A DNA stretch of 64,000 bases from Macrostomum lignano (lineage: Eukaryota): assembly GCA_002269645.1 (NCBI GenBank), contig NIVC01000467.1, positions 124,001-188,000 of the forward strand, given 5' to 3'. Numbering within the stretch: the stretch's first letter is position 1; each line of letters opens with the position of its first letter. The notes under the pieces are model-generated. The model had not been told where the DNA came from. It searched no databases and saw nothing but the letters and a program-made list of their open reading frames with translations. Shown here in pieces: positions 25,350 to 39,390 of the stretch. The position numbers and the translations under genes are program-made.

Positions 25350-28300
25350 CTACAAATAGATTTGCAGGCACAGAGCTACTGAGCTACGTAAGAAAAAGAA
25401 CTCAAGGACATGTACATAAGCTCGTACTTGTTAGCTTGAAATTTGGGTTCAACTGAAAAGAGCGATTGGCTGAGCTACAATATATAAAATTTGAAAAAAA
25501 TGCTTGGAAACAATTCCCTATAGCTACAGGCAAAAAATGAAATGTTAGCTGGCTTACAAAATGCATCATGCTTAAAAACACGTGCCTACAGTATGAAAAT
25601 GAATCCTACAGTAATCACACTGAGCTAAATTCCATTGAAAATGTTTGCTAGAAAATCAAAGAGCCGAGACGCTGTCAGTTCGCTATGGGTCACCTGCCGG
25701 ATTCTGTGCAGCACCGGACCGCTCCACTGGCCTCGGAGCAGCCGTGTCAGTCGTCTGAAATTTGTCATGAAGGGTAACTGGATGTTCACAGTCAGTTGAG
25801 GAATAGGTGTAGACATCAAGGGAATGCGGAGTGCATATCTGCACACAGGTTGGGGAATCGTAGACAACTGGAGAATTGTAGACAGCTGGGGAATTGTAGA
25901 CAGCTGGAGAATTGTAGACAGCTGGGGAATTGTGGACAGCTGGGGAATTGTAGACTGCCGGGGAATTGTAGATAGCTGGGGAATTGTAGACAGCTGGGGA
26001 ATTGTGGACAGCTGGGGAATTGTAGACTGCCGGGGAATTGTAGACAGCTGGGGAATCGAAGACTAGGGGATTGCTTTTTCAAAAGACTTTAACTCGTAGA
26101 TAAACAGATATTTTACAAATCGATGTGTTGATTTTTTATTCACTTAAGCTTACAGTTTCTTTAAAATGTTGAAAAAGATTCAATGTTCATTGGACTCTGA
26201 CAAATCTCGCTTTAGTTTTTCCTGCATGTCAGCAGACAAAGAAAAACTTGCATAGAATCTGTAGATTTGTTCAGAATTCAGCAATACTCGGCAGTACAAG
26301 CCTTTCCAAATTGACCGTTGTTTTTCTGTATTGAACTTACTGTGACTGTGTATTGAACTTTTCAGACTGTTGGGTGAATGTCAGTACCTGACCTGAGTGA
26401 TATTGTGAGCTGAGAGCTTGGGTGAATCGATGGCTGAGGGCTTTGTAGATGCCTGGGAGAATTTTAGGCAGATAAATCATGAGCATGCAGTAAATTGGGG
26501 CTGATGGATTGAGAATTGGCAAACGGTGTTTAACGGAAAAAAATCAAATTTGGTTTGCATTTAAGTCAGCACCAGGTCATGTACAGGCGGGGATGTGACC
26601 GAACACTTACCTGGTTCCGGAGGAGTATTTGTGGTTTCTAGTTTAAAATACACAATTCCTTCGCTGCTACCGCATATTTGCTTGGAATTTCCCGGACATC
26701 GATATGAACAAGTTTCGTTGAGTTGTAGTTTATACTCCGCCGGAGGTAGTTCCGATTCGCAAAAGCAGCGATCACCTTCGGCGATGGCGAAATATTTGAA
26801 TCTGCTGTAAAGATCACGCTTCACACACTCGGTAGCGCAAACAAGGTGCGACATGTTATCAGATTTTTTTTTTGGTGCTGAATATCCACCTATATGTTCA
26901 CCGTAATAGTAGCATGCAAATCGGGAATCTAAAACAGTTAAAATCAAAAGCATGGCAGGTAAAAACAAGTGCACAAGCAAGTGTTTGTGGTTGATAAAAA
27001 CATGCAGAAATATTAAACTGCAGAACGTGAATCAGAATAGACTGAAATAGTAAACTCACTAGGAATAGCTGGATAGACCTTCGCTCCCTGCTTCTTTTCA
27101 TCTGAAGAGGTGACATTATGGGTGAACTCAGTTGAGAACATTTTACAACAGCTCGATCAGATTTTCAGGTCAATTGGAAATGAAACCAGGGAGAAAAGCT
27201 GGATGCTCTTAGCAGTTCCGACTAAGACCAAACATCCTCATTGCATAGTAACTGTAGACAGCTGGGGCAATTTTATACTGCTGGGTGAATATCAGATAGC
27301 TGGGCGAATATCTTAGGAGAGCTGGGTGAATCGATGGCTGAGGGCATTGTAGATGCTTGGGAGAATTTTAGGCAGGTAAATCATGAGCATGTGGCGAATC
27401 GGGGCTGATCGATTGAGAATTGGCAAACGGCTATTAACGGAAAAGAATCAAATTGGTTTGCATTCAAGTCAGCACCAGATCATGCACTGGCGGTGACGTG
27501 ACCGAACACTTGCCTGTTTCCGGAGGAGTATTCGTGATTTCCAGTTTTAAATACGCAATTTCCATGGAGCCACCGCATGACTGCTTGTCATTTCGCGGAC
27601 ATCGATATGAACAAGTTTCGTTGAGTTGTAGTTTATACTCCGCCGGAGGTAGTTCCGATTCGCAAAAGCAGCGATCACCTTCGGCGATGGCGAAATATTT
27701 GAATCTGCCGTAGAGATCACGCTTCACACACTCGGTAGCGCAAATGAGGTGTGACATCTCATTCGATGTGAGGCTTACTGTTCCCGTACCATAATATTGG
27801 TAGCATTGAATTGGAGAATCTAAAACAGTTGAAATCAAAAGCATGGCAGGTAAAAACAAGTGCACAAGCAAGTGTTTGTGGTTGATAAAAACATGCAGAA
27901 ATATTAAACTGCAGAACGTGAATCAGAATAGACTGAAATAGTAAACTCACTAGGAATAGCTGGATAGACCTTCGCTCCCTGCTTCTTTTCATCTGAAAAG
28001 GTGACGTCATGGGTAAACTCAGTAGAGAACATTTTTAGAACAGCTCAAACAGATTTTCAAGTCAGGTAGAAATGAAACCAGGGAGAAAAGCTGGATGCTC
28101 TTAGCAGTTCTGACTAAGACTAAACATCCTCATTGCATAGTAACTGTAGACAGCTGGGGCAATTTTATACTGCTGGGTGAATATCAGATAGCTGGGCGAA
28201 TATCTTAGGAGAGCTGGGTGAGTCGATGGCTGAGGGCATTGTAGATGCTTGGGAGAATTGTAGGCAGGTAAATCATGAGCATGTGGCGAATCGGGGCTGA

Positions 28301-31300
28301 TCGATTGAGAATAGGCAAACGGCTAAACGGAAAAGAATCAAATTGGTTTGCATTCAAGTCAGCACCAGATCATGCACTGGCGGTGACGTGACCGAACACT
28401 TGCCTGATTCCGGAGGAGTATTCGTGATTTCCAGTTTTAAATACACAATTTCCATGGAGCCACCGCATGACTGCTTGTCATTTCGCGGACATCGATATGA
28501 ACAAGTTTCGTTGAGTTGTAGTTTATACTCCGCCGGAGGTAGTTCCGATTCGCAAAAGCAGCGATCACCTTCGGCGATGGCGAAATATTTGAATCTGCTG
28601 TAAAGATCACGCTTTACACACTCGGTAGCGCAAATGAGATGTGACATCTCATTCGATGTGAGGCTTACTGTTCCTGTACCATAATATTGGTAGCATTGAA
28701 TTGGAGAATCTAAAACAGTTGAATTTAAAAGCATGGCAGTTAAAAACAAGTGCACAAGCAAGTGTTTGTGGTTGATAAAAACATGCAGAAATATTAAACT
28801 GCAGAACGTGAATCAGAATAGACTGAAATAGTAAACTCACTAGGAATAGCTGGATAGACCTTCGCTCCCTGCTTCTTTTCATCTGAAAAGGTGACGTCAT
28901 TGGTGAACTCAGGAGAGAACATTATACAACAGCTCGATCTGATTTTCAAGTCAGGTGGAAATGAAATCAGGGGAGAAAAGCTGGAAGCACTAGGCAGTTC
29001 TGACCAAGACCAAAATATCCCATAGTAACTGTTCTCATAGACAGCTGGTGGGGGGATTTTAGACAGCTGGTGAATTTAAAATGTTTTGGATTTGGAAGAG
29101 TCGGTATGGTTGAGTCGGAAGAATTCGTTGTATTTAGCCTCATTTTAAGAAGATCAAGAATTGGCAAGTGGACTTTAACAGTCTCAGTTTCCAATCGAAT
29201 TTGCTAACAGCTTACCAATGTTCGGCGAGTTGGTTATTGTGCTCAGGCTGAAATACACCGCTCCAGTTTCTCCACCGCACGACTCCATGTGACCTGCTGG
29301 GCAGCGGATCGAACAATCTTTCTCGATGCTCAGCCTGTACGAGTCGTGGGGCAGTTCCGGCGCACACAGGCAGCTGTCACCGAAGGCGAGGCTGAAGTAT
29401 TTGAATTTCTTCAAGGCATTTTTCTTGCGACACTCGAAAGCGCAAACGCGGTGCGACATTTTTTCATTTTCTATTAGTTCCAGCTTTGCCATCGGATAGC
29501 CTTGGTATATTGAATAGCATCCTATGGGATCTCCTGCAACCGTTGGGGAAAAGTGGTCAAATGTTGCATGAGAAGCATTACATCAATATAGGAGCCTTTC
29601 TTACATGCTGAGGGAATTGTTCTGATATGCTGAGGGAACTGTTCTGACATGCTGAGGGAACTGTTCTGACATGCTGAGGGAACTGTTCTGACATGCTGAG
29701 GGAACTGTTCTGACATGCTGAGGAAACTTCTGACATGCTAAGGGAACTGTTCTGACATGCTAAGGAAACTGTTCTGACATGCTGAGGGAACTGTTCTGAC
29801 ATGCAGAGGGAACTGTTCTGACATGCTGAGGGAACTGTTCTGACATGCTGAGAGCACTGTTCTGACATGCTGAGGGAACTTTTCTGACATGCTGAGGGAA
29901 CTGTTCTGACATGCAGAGGGAACTGTTCTGACATGCTGAGGGAACTGTTCTGACATACTGAGGGAACTGTTCTCGAGAGAAAGATCCAGCCAGTCTAAAG
30001 CCAATTCTGCAGACTAGTTCTCACTTGGATTCTGTGTGATGCTCTGCGCTCTGGGATCCGGGCCTGCGTGGTGCGGACGTTGCAGTGTGGTTATAATTAC
30101 TTTTACTTTGAGCTGAAGAATATTATTCATAATTCAACTCTGAATCTGTTTTCTCACCAAAAAAGCTTTGTTTTTTCTGATCCGGAGTTGGCAGAATCGA
30201 CTTGGACTGGTCTGAGTGGTGCGGAGGTTGAAGTGAGTTTGTAATTAATCGAGAGTGTGGTGTAGACACACGGGAGAAATAGTTGCTGCAGTTAGATGGG
30301 CACCGAATACTTGCCTGGTTTTTGTCGATTAAGATTGAAAAACGCCATAAAATCTTCATTTCCGCAAATTCGAATTAATCCTTTTCTACGAAAACACTTG
30401 CCTTTACAGTGACTGTCATGAGACAGAGTGGAGGAATCCGGAAGCTCGGACGCACAAACGCATTCTTTATCGTGGCGAATGAAAAAATATTTGTAATTGT
30501 CGTAAAGATCGACATTGATACACCTTTGAGCGCAATCTTCAAAGGGAATCCCTCTTTGAGTAAACACCAGATCTGAATTTGCTATCGACATGTCCCAAGC
30601 GCAGGCTGCCATCGATATGTTTTCTGAAATGGTTAAAACTAATTAATTTAGGTAAGAGCAGCTCAAACAGCGGATACATTCAGATGGAAACTTACCCGGT
30701 AAAATTGGATTGACCTTCGGTCCCTGCTCGTATATATCTGAATGATAGAAAATTTGAGAATATAAATGTTTTGAGAAAATTTGATCAAGCTGGGGTGATT
30801 TTAAGTGAACCGATACGGAGCTTCTGGCCAGTGAAATCAACCTAAGAAATGGACTCAAATATTTCGATGACCTTAACTGTATGAGAGCCATTGGAATGCC
30901 AGAGAAATTATTTTAGATTTTTATTTGATTCGAAACACGCAGCTAGGGAGTTGTAGACTGCCGGGGAATTGTAGACTGCCGGGGAATTGTAGATAGCTGG
31001 GGAATTGTAGACTGCCGGGAAATTGTAGATAGCTGGGGAATTGTAGACTGCCGGGGAATTGTAGATAGCTGGGGAATTGTAGACTGCCGGGGAATTGTAG
31101 ATAGCTGGGGAATTGTAGACTGCCGGGCAATTGTAGACAGCTGGGGAATTGTAGACTGCCGGGGAATTATAGACTGCCGGGGAATTGTAGACAGCTGGGG
31201 AATTGTAGACAGCTGGGGAATTGTAGACTGCCGAAGAATTGTAGACTGCCGGGGAATTTTAGACAGCTGGGGAATTGTAGACAGCTGGGGAATTGTAGAC

Positions 31301-34300
31301 AGCTGGGGAATTGTAGACAGCTAGGGAATTGTAGACAGCTGGGGAATTGAAGACAGCTGGGGAATTGTAGACAGCTGGGGAATTGTAGACTGCCGGGGAA
31401 TTGTAGACTGCCGGGGAATTGTAGACAGCTGGGGAATTGTAGACAGCTGGGGAATTGTAGACAGCTGGGGAATTGTAGACAGCTAGGGAATTGTAGACAG
31501 CTGGAAAATTGTAGACAGCTGGGGAATTGTAGACAGCTGGGGAATTGTAGACTACCGGGGAATTGTAGACAGCTGGGGAATTGTAGACAGCTGGGGAATT
31601 GTAGACAGCTGGGGAATTGTAGACAGCTAGGGAATTGTAGACAGCTGGGGAATTGTAGACAGCTGGGGAATTGTAGACAGCTGGGGAATTGTAGACTGCC
31701 GGGGAATTGTAGACAGCTGGGGAATTGTAGACAGCTGGGGAATTGTAGACAGCTGGGGAATTGTGGACAGCTGGGGAATTGTAGACTGCCGGGGAATTGT
31801 AGACAGCTGGGGAATTTTAGACAACTGAGGAATTGTAGACAGCTGGAAAATTGTAGACAGCTGCGGAATTGTAGACAGCTGGAAAATTGTAGACAGCTGG
31901 GGAATTGTAGACAGCTGGGGAATTGTAGACAGCTGGGGAATTGTAGACAGCTGGGGAATTGTAGACAGCTGGGGAATTGTAGACAGCTGGGGAATCGAGA
32001 CAGTTGGGGAACTGTAGACAGCTGGGGAATTGTAGACATTTGGGGAATAGTAGACAGCTGGATATGAAGAGCGTCTTTGGAACTTTTGGTAGTTTGTGAA
32101 AAGCAGTTTCCATTCGAAACAGAAGCAGCTCATGCACAGGCAGTAATATGACAAAATTCTTGCCTTTTTTTGGAGGAACAGTTGTTGAGCTCAGGTTGAA
32201 ATACGCTATCTTTTGGTCTGCCCCGCATGACTGATTGTGATTTCCTGAGCACCGATACGAACAAAAGGAATTTTTTGTTTTCTCCGTTGAAGTGGGTAAT
32301 GTCGATGCACAGAAGCAAGTGTCGGAATCGGTGATGGCGAAATATTTGAATTTTTTCCCGTAGAGATCACGCCTAACACACTCGGAGGCGCAAACAAGGT
32401 GCGACATCTCACTGCTTTGCAACACCTTTGTCAATTTACGTCGAGTTTCGTAGCATTTCAGAGAATCTGAAGCTGATAATGAAAATGAATAACAAATGAG
32501 CACAAGTGCATGGGTATGAATAACATTCAGATGTGTGAAGATTATAATATTCATTGTTAATGAGACAGATTATGCGACTGACAAAGCTTCAAGTTTAACT
32601 CACCTGGAATAACCGGATAGACCTTCGCTCCCTGCTCGAATTTATCTGGAATGGTAAAGTTGTGATTGGACTTTACTTGAGAACATCACTAATATAAGCA
32701 GCCTTAGCTCCTGTGTCAATTAATCTAATTACCTTTTCTCATAGAAGACAGTGTTGTGCTGACGCTGAAATATGCTGCTGCATTCTCGCCACCGCACGAC
32801 TGCAGGTGATTTCCAGGGCAGCGATACGAACAATGTACTTCAGGGTTATCGACTATACTTGAGTTCCTAGGCAGTTCCGATGTACACAGGCAGTTTTCAC
32901 CATTGGCGAGCCGGAAGTATTTGTATCTTTTTAAGGGACTTTTCCTGGCACACTCAAGAGCGCAAACGCGGTGCGACATTTTAATATTTTGCTTTAGTTC
33001 CAGTTTCACTTCATTATTCACTTTATTCGTTATGAGATAGCAGCCAATACCATTGAAAGATTGGACTGAAATAGTTGGGGACAATTAAACCAAAACTGAG
33101 CAGAGTTTGATGATAGCGATTTGCATCAGTTGCAGGGTGCATGCGAACAATAACGTCTAAGATCTGCTAATATGGAAACTGTTATGACTTGAGCATATTG
33201 TTCTGACATGCTGAATTGAACTGTTCTGACATGCAGAGGAAACTGTTCTGACATGCTGCGGGAACTGTTCTGACATGCTGAGGGAACTGTTCTGACATGC
33301 ACAGGGAACTGTTCTGACATTCTGAGGGAGTCTTTTAATCTGGCGTCCTACCGGGATTTTCGGAAGTGCTCTCGTCTTTCGGTGGATCCTTCTCAATAAC
33401 CGGAGCTGCAGCCGACTGAGCTGAAAAGTGGCAGGTATATCCTGAATGCAGCTGACATGCAGAGGGAACTGTTCTGACATGCTGAGGGAACTCTTCTGAC
33501 ATGCTGAGGGAACTGTTCTGACATGCTGAGGGAACTGTTCTGACATGCTGAGGGAGTCCTCAAGTCTGGCGTCTTACCAGGATTTTTCGAAACGTCTTTG
33601 TCTTTCAGAGGATCTTCCTTGGTTGACAGCGGTTCATCAGGCTCAGCTGAAAAGTGGAAACATTTTCCTGAAGGCAGCAGACATGCAGAGGGAACTGTTC
33701 TGACATGCAGAGGAAACTGTTCTGACATGCTGAGGGAACTGTTCTGACATGCTGAATTGAACTGTTCTGACATGCAGAGGGAACTCTTCTGACATGCTGA
33801 AGGAACTGTTCTGACATGCTGAGGGAACTGTTCTGACATGCTGAGGGAGTCCTCAAGTCTGGCGTCTTACCAGGATTTTTCGAAACGTCTTTGTCTTTCA
33901 GAGGATCTTCCTTGGTTGACAGCGGTTCATCAGGCTCAGCTGAAAAGTGGAAACATTTTCCTGAAGGCAGCAGACATGCAGAGGGAACTGTTCTGACATG
34001 CAGAGGGAACTGTTCTGACATGCAGAGGGAACTGTTCTGACATGCTGAGGGAACTGTTCTGACATGCAGAGGGAACTGTTCTGACATGCTGAAGGAACTG
34101 TTCTGACATGCTGAGGGAACTGTTCTGACATGCTGAGGGAACTGTTCTGACATACTGAGGGAACTGTTCTGACATGCAGAGGGAACTGTTCTGACATGCA
34201 GAGGGAACTGTTCTGACATGCAGAGGGAACTGTTCTGACATGCAGAGGGAACTGTTCTGACATGCTGAGGGAACTGTTCTGACATGCTGAAGGAACTGTT

Positions 34301-34962
34301 CTGACATGCTGAGGGAACTGTTCTGACATGCTGAGGAAACTGTTCTGACATGCTGAGGAAAATGCATCTGTTTTAAACTGGGATAAATTTTGACATGAAG
34401 ACAATTGAAATGGTTTGATAGAGACAGTTTATATACCAGCCTCATGACTCTACCGAAGCAATAAATTTGCAATTGAACACTAAATCTGGCGTCCTACCGG
34501 GATTTTCGGAAGTGCTCTCGTCTTTCGGTGGATCCTTCTCAATAACCGGAGCTGCAGCCGACTGAGCTGAAAAGTGGCAGGTATATCCTGAATGCAGCTG
34601 ATATGCAGAGGGAACTGTTCTGACATACTGAGGGAACTGTTCTGACATGCTGAGGGAACTTTTCTGACATGCTGAAGGAACTGTTCTGACATGCTGAGGG
34701 AGTCCTCAAATCTGGCGTCTTACCAGGCTTTTTCGAAACGTCTTTGTCTTTCAGAGGATCTTCCTTGGTTGACAGCGGTTCATCAGCCTCAGCTGAAAAG
34801 TGGCAGGATTATCCTGAATGCAGCTGAGCATGAGCACAAGCAAGCTAAAGTACAAATCAAAGGCAACAAAAGCTACTCACATTTCTTCTTTGAGGAAGAG
34901 CAGCCCAGAGCACCGTAGATGGCTGCGCTAATGCAGAACAGAAGCAGAACCGTTCGGAACAT
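25350..34962 (-). CDS. Signal-peptide-bearing 7x WSC-domain protein, copy 2 (five 69-nt linker exons)
   Basis: Signal exon 34962-34881. 69-nt exons 34792-34724, 34566-34498, 33939-33871, 33646-33578, 33420-33352. WSC exons match copy 1 at offsets +15384 and +15406 (e.g. WSC7 26928-26611). One visible amino-acid change in WSC3 (DVV to DLV). Confidence 0.85.
30941..32056. repeat. Intronic 18-bp minisatellite (copy of 15535-16650)
   Basis: Same unit and variant order. Confidence 0.95.
33195..34700. repeat. 22-bp minisatellite array interleaved with 69-nt exons (copy 2)
   Basis: The arrangement differs from 17790-19135. Confidence 0.93.
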
Positions 34963-37900
34963 GCTCAGGTCGAAGCGAGTTAGATCAGCTGATCTGCGCA
35001 GATTTTTGTTGAACTTTGAAAGGAAGGTTTTTTGTTTCTCCTAGTTGCTGTCTGGTAGAGTCTTGTGAAAAGTGCAAATTCAGCTTATCGAAAGCAGAAA
35101 TTCTGAAAGCATTTGGGCTCGGGATCAGCAGTAGAAAAGGGTCTGAGCCGCTCGGTTCAGCCACAGACGCAACTGTACATCTCAGTCAGCGGGCTCTGGC
35201 CATAGACAGTTTGCATTTGCTGGATTTTAGTTGTGTATTAAAGAATATCTAACAGTGCACAAATTCTTTTTAGAATGGTCATGATAGTTAATTTTGTAAA
35301 TCTGTACTGAAAAGTACATGTTACTCGGATTGAAAACGAAATTTGTTTTGTGGCATGGCAAGGATCTTATATTCCCTTGATGGGCCTCTCTCAGTCTCAA
35401 TGCATTCAATAAGAAAAGACTGACAATAGGAAAAGCCTATTGGTCCATTCTCTGGCGCTCTGATGTGTCAGCGGCCCAGGCTCGATTCCAAGTGCAGTCG
35501 CATTAATTTGAGGCTAAATTGGAATCTCGGCTTGGCTCTGCTCGTGCAATTAACGCCCAGCTTGAGGGCCAACCTCCAAGGCACAGTGAAGTGCACATGC
35601 CTAACGATAAATAAAGTGTGTGCCTGTCTATTTGACTCGTTCGAATTCAGAATCCCAGAAGCTGCAACTTCCCATTTCGGCAGTGTATTTCGGCAGACAA
35701 CAGATAAATATAGAATAACGCATCACAGAGTGGGAGAAAGAAAGGAAATACTGGAGAGAATGGAGCGGAGAGGAGACAAGAAAGAAGAGAAGAAGTCTAG
35801 AGGAGGAGAGGAGAGAAGAGAGGGAGAAGCGACACAAACCTTGAGCAGGCCGGATTGCTATTGTGAACTTTCAAAGGACTCGAGGGCCGGAGTTCCCCAG
35901 TGAGCTCCGCGAAACCCACAAACCCGTGAAGCGCGTGTCCTTGGGGTTGTGGGGTGAGCGGAGCGAACGCGCGAGGCACGAAGTGCCGAGCATGAGGAAC
36001 AAACAGCCAGCCAATGCGCGAAGCGCATTGGGTGGTCTGGCTTGTGACGAATATAATAATATGAGACGTGTGCATCGAAAAATTGACAAAAAAAATCTCA
36101 CAAAAATTATTGGGTTGTTTTTTTCAATTGTAACATAAAGTGGCGCTTTGGTTGCAAAAAATGCAGAAATTAAGAATGTACTTTTACAGTTTTTTGCATT
36201 TTTTTCTATACTGCTAATAGTTAAGCATACATACTATGCACCAATCGATGCGCAATTCAAGGATACACAAATGTGGAAGTTTTCAATTCTTAAACATTTG
36301 AAATCAGGAAGTTATCGACGAAGGACTAAAAATCATGATCTCAAACTGCTTTGAAGAAAAGTGCTCATTATAATTTTTGGAATATGGAAGAAACAATTCA
36401 ACGCCGTCATTTAATTCCAAACTAATTGTACTTTAAGGTACTGCGATGATTTTTTTATTGAAAGAGCGAAACCTGTTTAAATATTTGAAAAAATGGAAAA
36501 AAGTACCTTTTTTCATAGAAATACACTCTTTTGACTGCTTAATCCGATTTCCAACAACAAAATAGTTGCTTTCCTGCTGGTGCAAACCGTTATTAGGGTG
36601 AATTTTCAAAATTGCATACTGTGCCAAAAGTAAATTGAAGCTTAATATTTATAAACATTAGAAACTGGACCACTAATGGGTATTTTACTTTGGTTACTTA
36701 CTATGGAGTAAACTGGCACTGGCAGAGACAGATTTGAGAGAAACTAATTGCTCCATTGTATTTAGGCTCCAGCGTTACAAATTACAATAGCTATTTCGGG
36801 GTCTAACCGGCTAAGTTATCAAAAAAGCTAGATACCAATCACCATGTTTCATCATCAGCTATACCTACCTACCACGATTTTATAGTCACATGCAGCAGTA
36901 ATAGTGTGTAATACCCTTCTTTAAAAGTTTTCAATATCTAAAATGATGTGTTAAATTTTATAAAATTTCATAAACAGTGAAATTTTAGCTGTTTACATGC
37001 TGGTGGTTTGAAAGAAGCTACTTTTGTGCGAAAATACACTGTCATTAATACCGTACCTATTATTGTATTTATTGTATATGACCTATACGTGGCGTCGCAG
37101 TGAATGACGCGAACAACGATTGTATTCCTGCTTATCGTGTCAGTATTATTTGGCTGCTTTGAGTTCAGCATCTCTGCTTTGCGATGCTCAAAGATACGCT
37201 CGTGTACTTGTGAGTTCTTTTGATACTTCTGAGAGCGTTTTTGCTCTGAAGAATATAGGATTCAATACTTGGTTTTGAGTAGTATTGTAACAGCGATTCA
37301 ATTCTGGAGTCTCGACCATAGACTATGCATAGTCTAAAATCATTCATATGATCGATTACAAAAGATTTCCCAACGAGATGGTTAGCGGCCTGTCCTCTGT
37401 CGAGTTGGATAAAACACTCGAACAACATGCTCGCGATCGGATGCGGGAGGAGCTTGATAATGGACCGCTGGACACCAACTATGCTTCGCCCGAATATATC
37501 AATGACGCCATGCTGGAGGAGCTGATGAGCACCGAGCCTGATTCAGGATGGAAGCTGCGATTTCCGAGTTGGAACGCTCAGCAGAGAAGGCCAGTAGCAG
37601 ACAGCAAACCGAATGTTATGTAAAAAGCTAAACACGTTCATGGATGAACATCCCGAGGTTAGTTGCTTTGAAGTCAGATTTCCTGTGGTTTCAGCTAATC
37701 TTCGTATTATACATGCTTTGAATTCAGATTTTCTAGGTCTTTTCGTCAATGCTTGTATTGCTTTTGAACGTCGTAACTTTTTAGGCATCGGCTTCACAAG
37801 TGACAGTCAATTTGCATGGACCATTTAATGGTTGCACGTTCAATACTGGAAAGTAAGTAGACGTTTGACTTTTAGACGATGAAAGTGTTTGAGCATTCGT

Positions 37901-38099
37901 TTGAGCATAATTAACAGGTTGTTTTGTTGTTTCATCAATTCGAAGTATATTCCGTTTCTGCGATGTATTGCTTTTGTCATGCTATGTGGAACTGGGGAAA
38001 TCGAAAACGGAACGGCCCATAGGGTTCTATGGCCCAGCACTTGAATCAACTCGAGACAGCAAGCCTTAGACAACTTAATTTGTCATACAATATGGTGCG

Positions 38100-38648
38100 G
38101 TGAGCCAAAATAGAAGGAACGATTTGAGCTTTTCACAGAGACAAGACGCTTTTATTTTCTAACGATTCGTCGAGCTAAGTTACGTTTGTATAAATGGCAC
38201 CGCAAATTTCACGTCTGACAGCAAGTCCGAAGAAAGACGAGAAGAGAGACGAAGACTTGTAAGGGTTCTCACGCCGAAAAACTCCCTCATGGAAAAAAAG
38301 TTTCCATGACTCCCTCTCTCTGATTGGCTGCCGGAGAAATGACGTCAGAATAAGTCATGATGAGAAATATGAGAACGCCATGGCAACATGAGAAATGGGA
38401 AAATTGCGCATTCCGGCGAAAAACAGGCCAAAAAGAGACAAAAAGATGGGAAGCAGGAGAAGCGGGTGAGGGGCAAAAGAAAAGGGGGCTCCAGAAAGGC
38501 ACCTGTGGCGGAGTGGGAGACGGAGACGAGACAGTAGGAGGATGCAACAGAGCGGGAGTCAGCTGGCCTGGTCCAATGACCACTAGGAACACTTCGAAAC
38601 TTTTGAAAAATTTCCCTCACCAGATCCCGCGACCAGAGTGTGGTTACA
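38100..38648 (-). mobile_element. LTR-like fragment related to the element at 39533
   Basis: Reverse complement begins tgtaaccacactctggtcgcggg, matching 39536 tgtaaccacgctctggtcgcggg. Shares the TGACGTCA / CCAAT / gagagagggagtcatggaaac block with 40340-40545. Left boundary is uncertain. Confidence 0.65.
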
Positions 38649-38649
38649 T

Positions 38650-39390
38650 AAAAATAAACTAAGCTGTAATTATAGATATTTATCCACTATTTTACTCGTA
38701 ATTGGTCGTTTAGTTTGATTATATAAAAACTCCGGCCTGCAGGGATAACACACAGATTGTTTTAAAAAAGTACTATATGGTATACAGCATTTTGCCAGCT
38801 AATCAAGTCTAAGAGCAAAGCAGTTTCACCATCAAATCTAAGCAGTTACCATTGATAACAGCGCACTCGGTGACATCGCCCAGCAACCATACAGCCAACC
38901 AACCAGTTGAGGCAATTCTACTCATTCCACCGAATCCTGAGCACATACACAGGGCGTACAGCGGCCCTTACTACTTTCTACTCTTCAGGTTTGTACACTC
39001 TCTGTGCCTTTGGGGAGTTGGCCCTCCCGATGAAAACGGTACCCAGGCCAAGAAGCGTCCCAGAGTCACTTGCGTCGCACCAGAGTCTAAACGACTCTAA
39101 AACGACGAGATGTCACGGTACAAACTGCCAAAAAATTGTCAAAGAGTCGCTCAAGAATCACTTTTGAAGCGTTTAATATCCTGCGACTCTGAAAACGACT
39201 CTGGGCACCTTAGGGCTCTTGTCACAATCTACAAGTCGCCAAAAAGTCTAGTGTACTTGTGTTAGGAGACATTTAAGCGCTAGTAGAACGACTCTTGGAC
39301 CACTTTTAGCGACTTTTCTATTTTAGGCAATGAATCTTTAGCGATTCCTGTTACGGTAACGTTTTCAACAGGTTTACCAGTAGGCTGCTC
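38650..39390 (+). repeat. Dispersed repeat, direct copy of 61140-62035
   Basis: Long colinear match starting aaataaactaagctgtaattatagatattt. This copy lacks the segment at about 61710-61900. Confidence 0.85.

Larger units (their letters stand above)
24566..37086. repeat. Segmental duplication, copy B
   Basis: Near-identical to 9296-20913 apart from minisatellite lengths, micro-exon number, a 577-bp extra segment (35601-36177) and scattered substitutions. Confidence 0.95.

Noticed and set aside
37348-37828. Two short ORFs right of the duplication junction
   Set aside because: No recognisable domain or splice structure. They could be a transposon relic but this is unsupported.
38092-38105. 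TGGTGCGGTGAGCC as an LTR primer-binding site
   Set aside because: Cannot match it to a tRNA 3' end without a search, and the orientation conflicts with the adjacent minus-strand LTR-like fragment.
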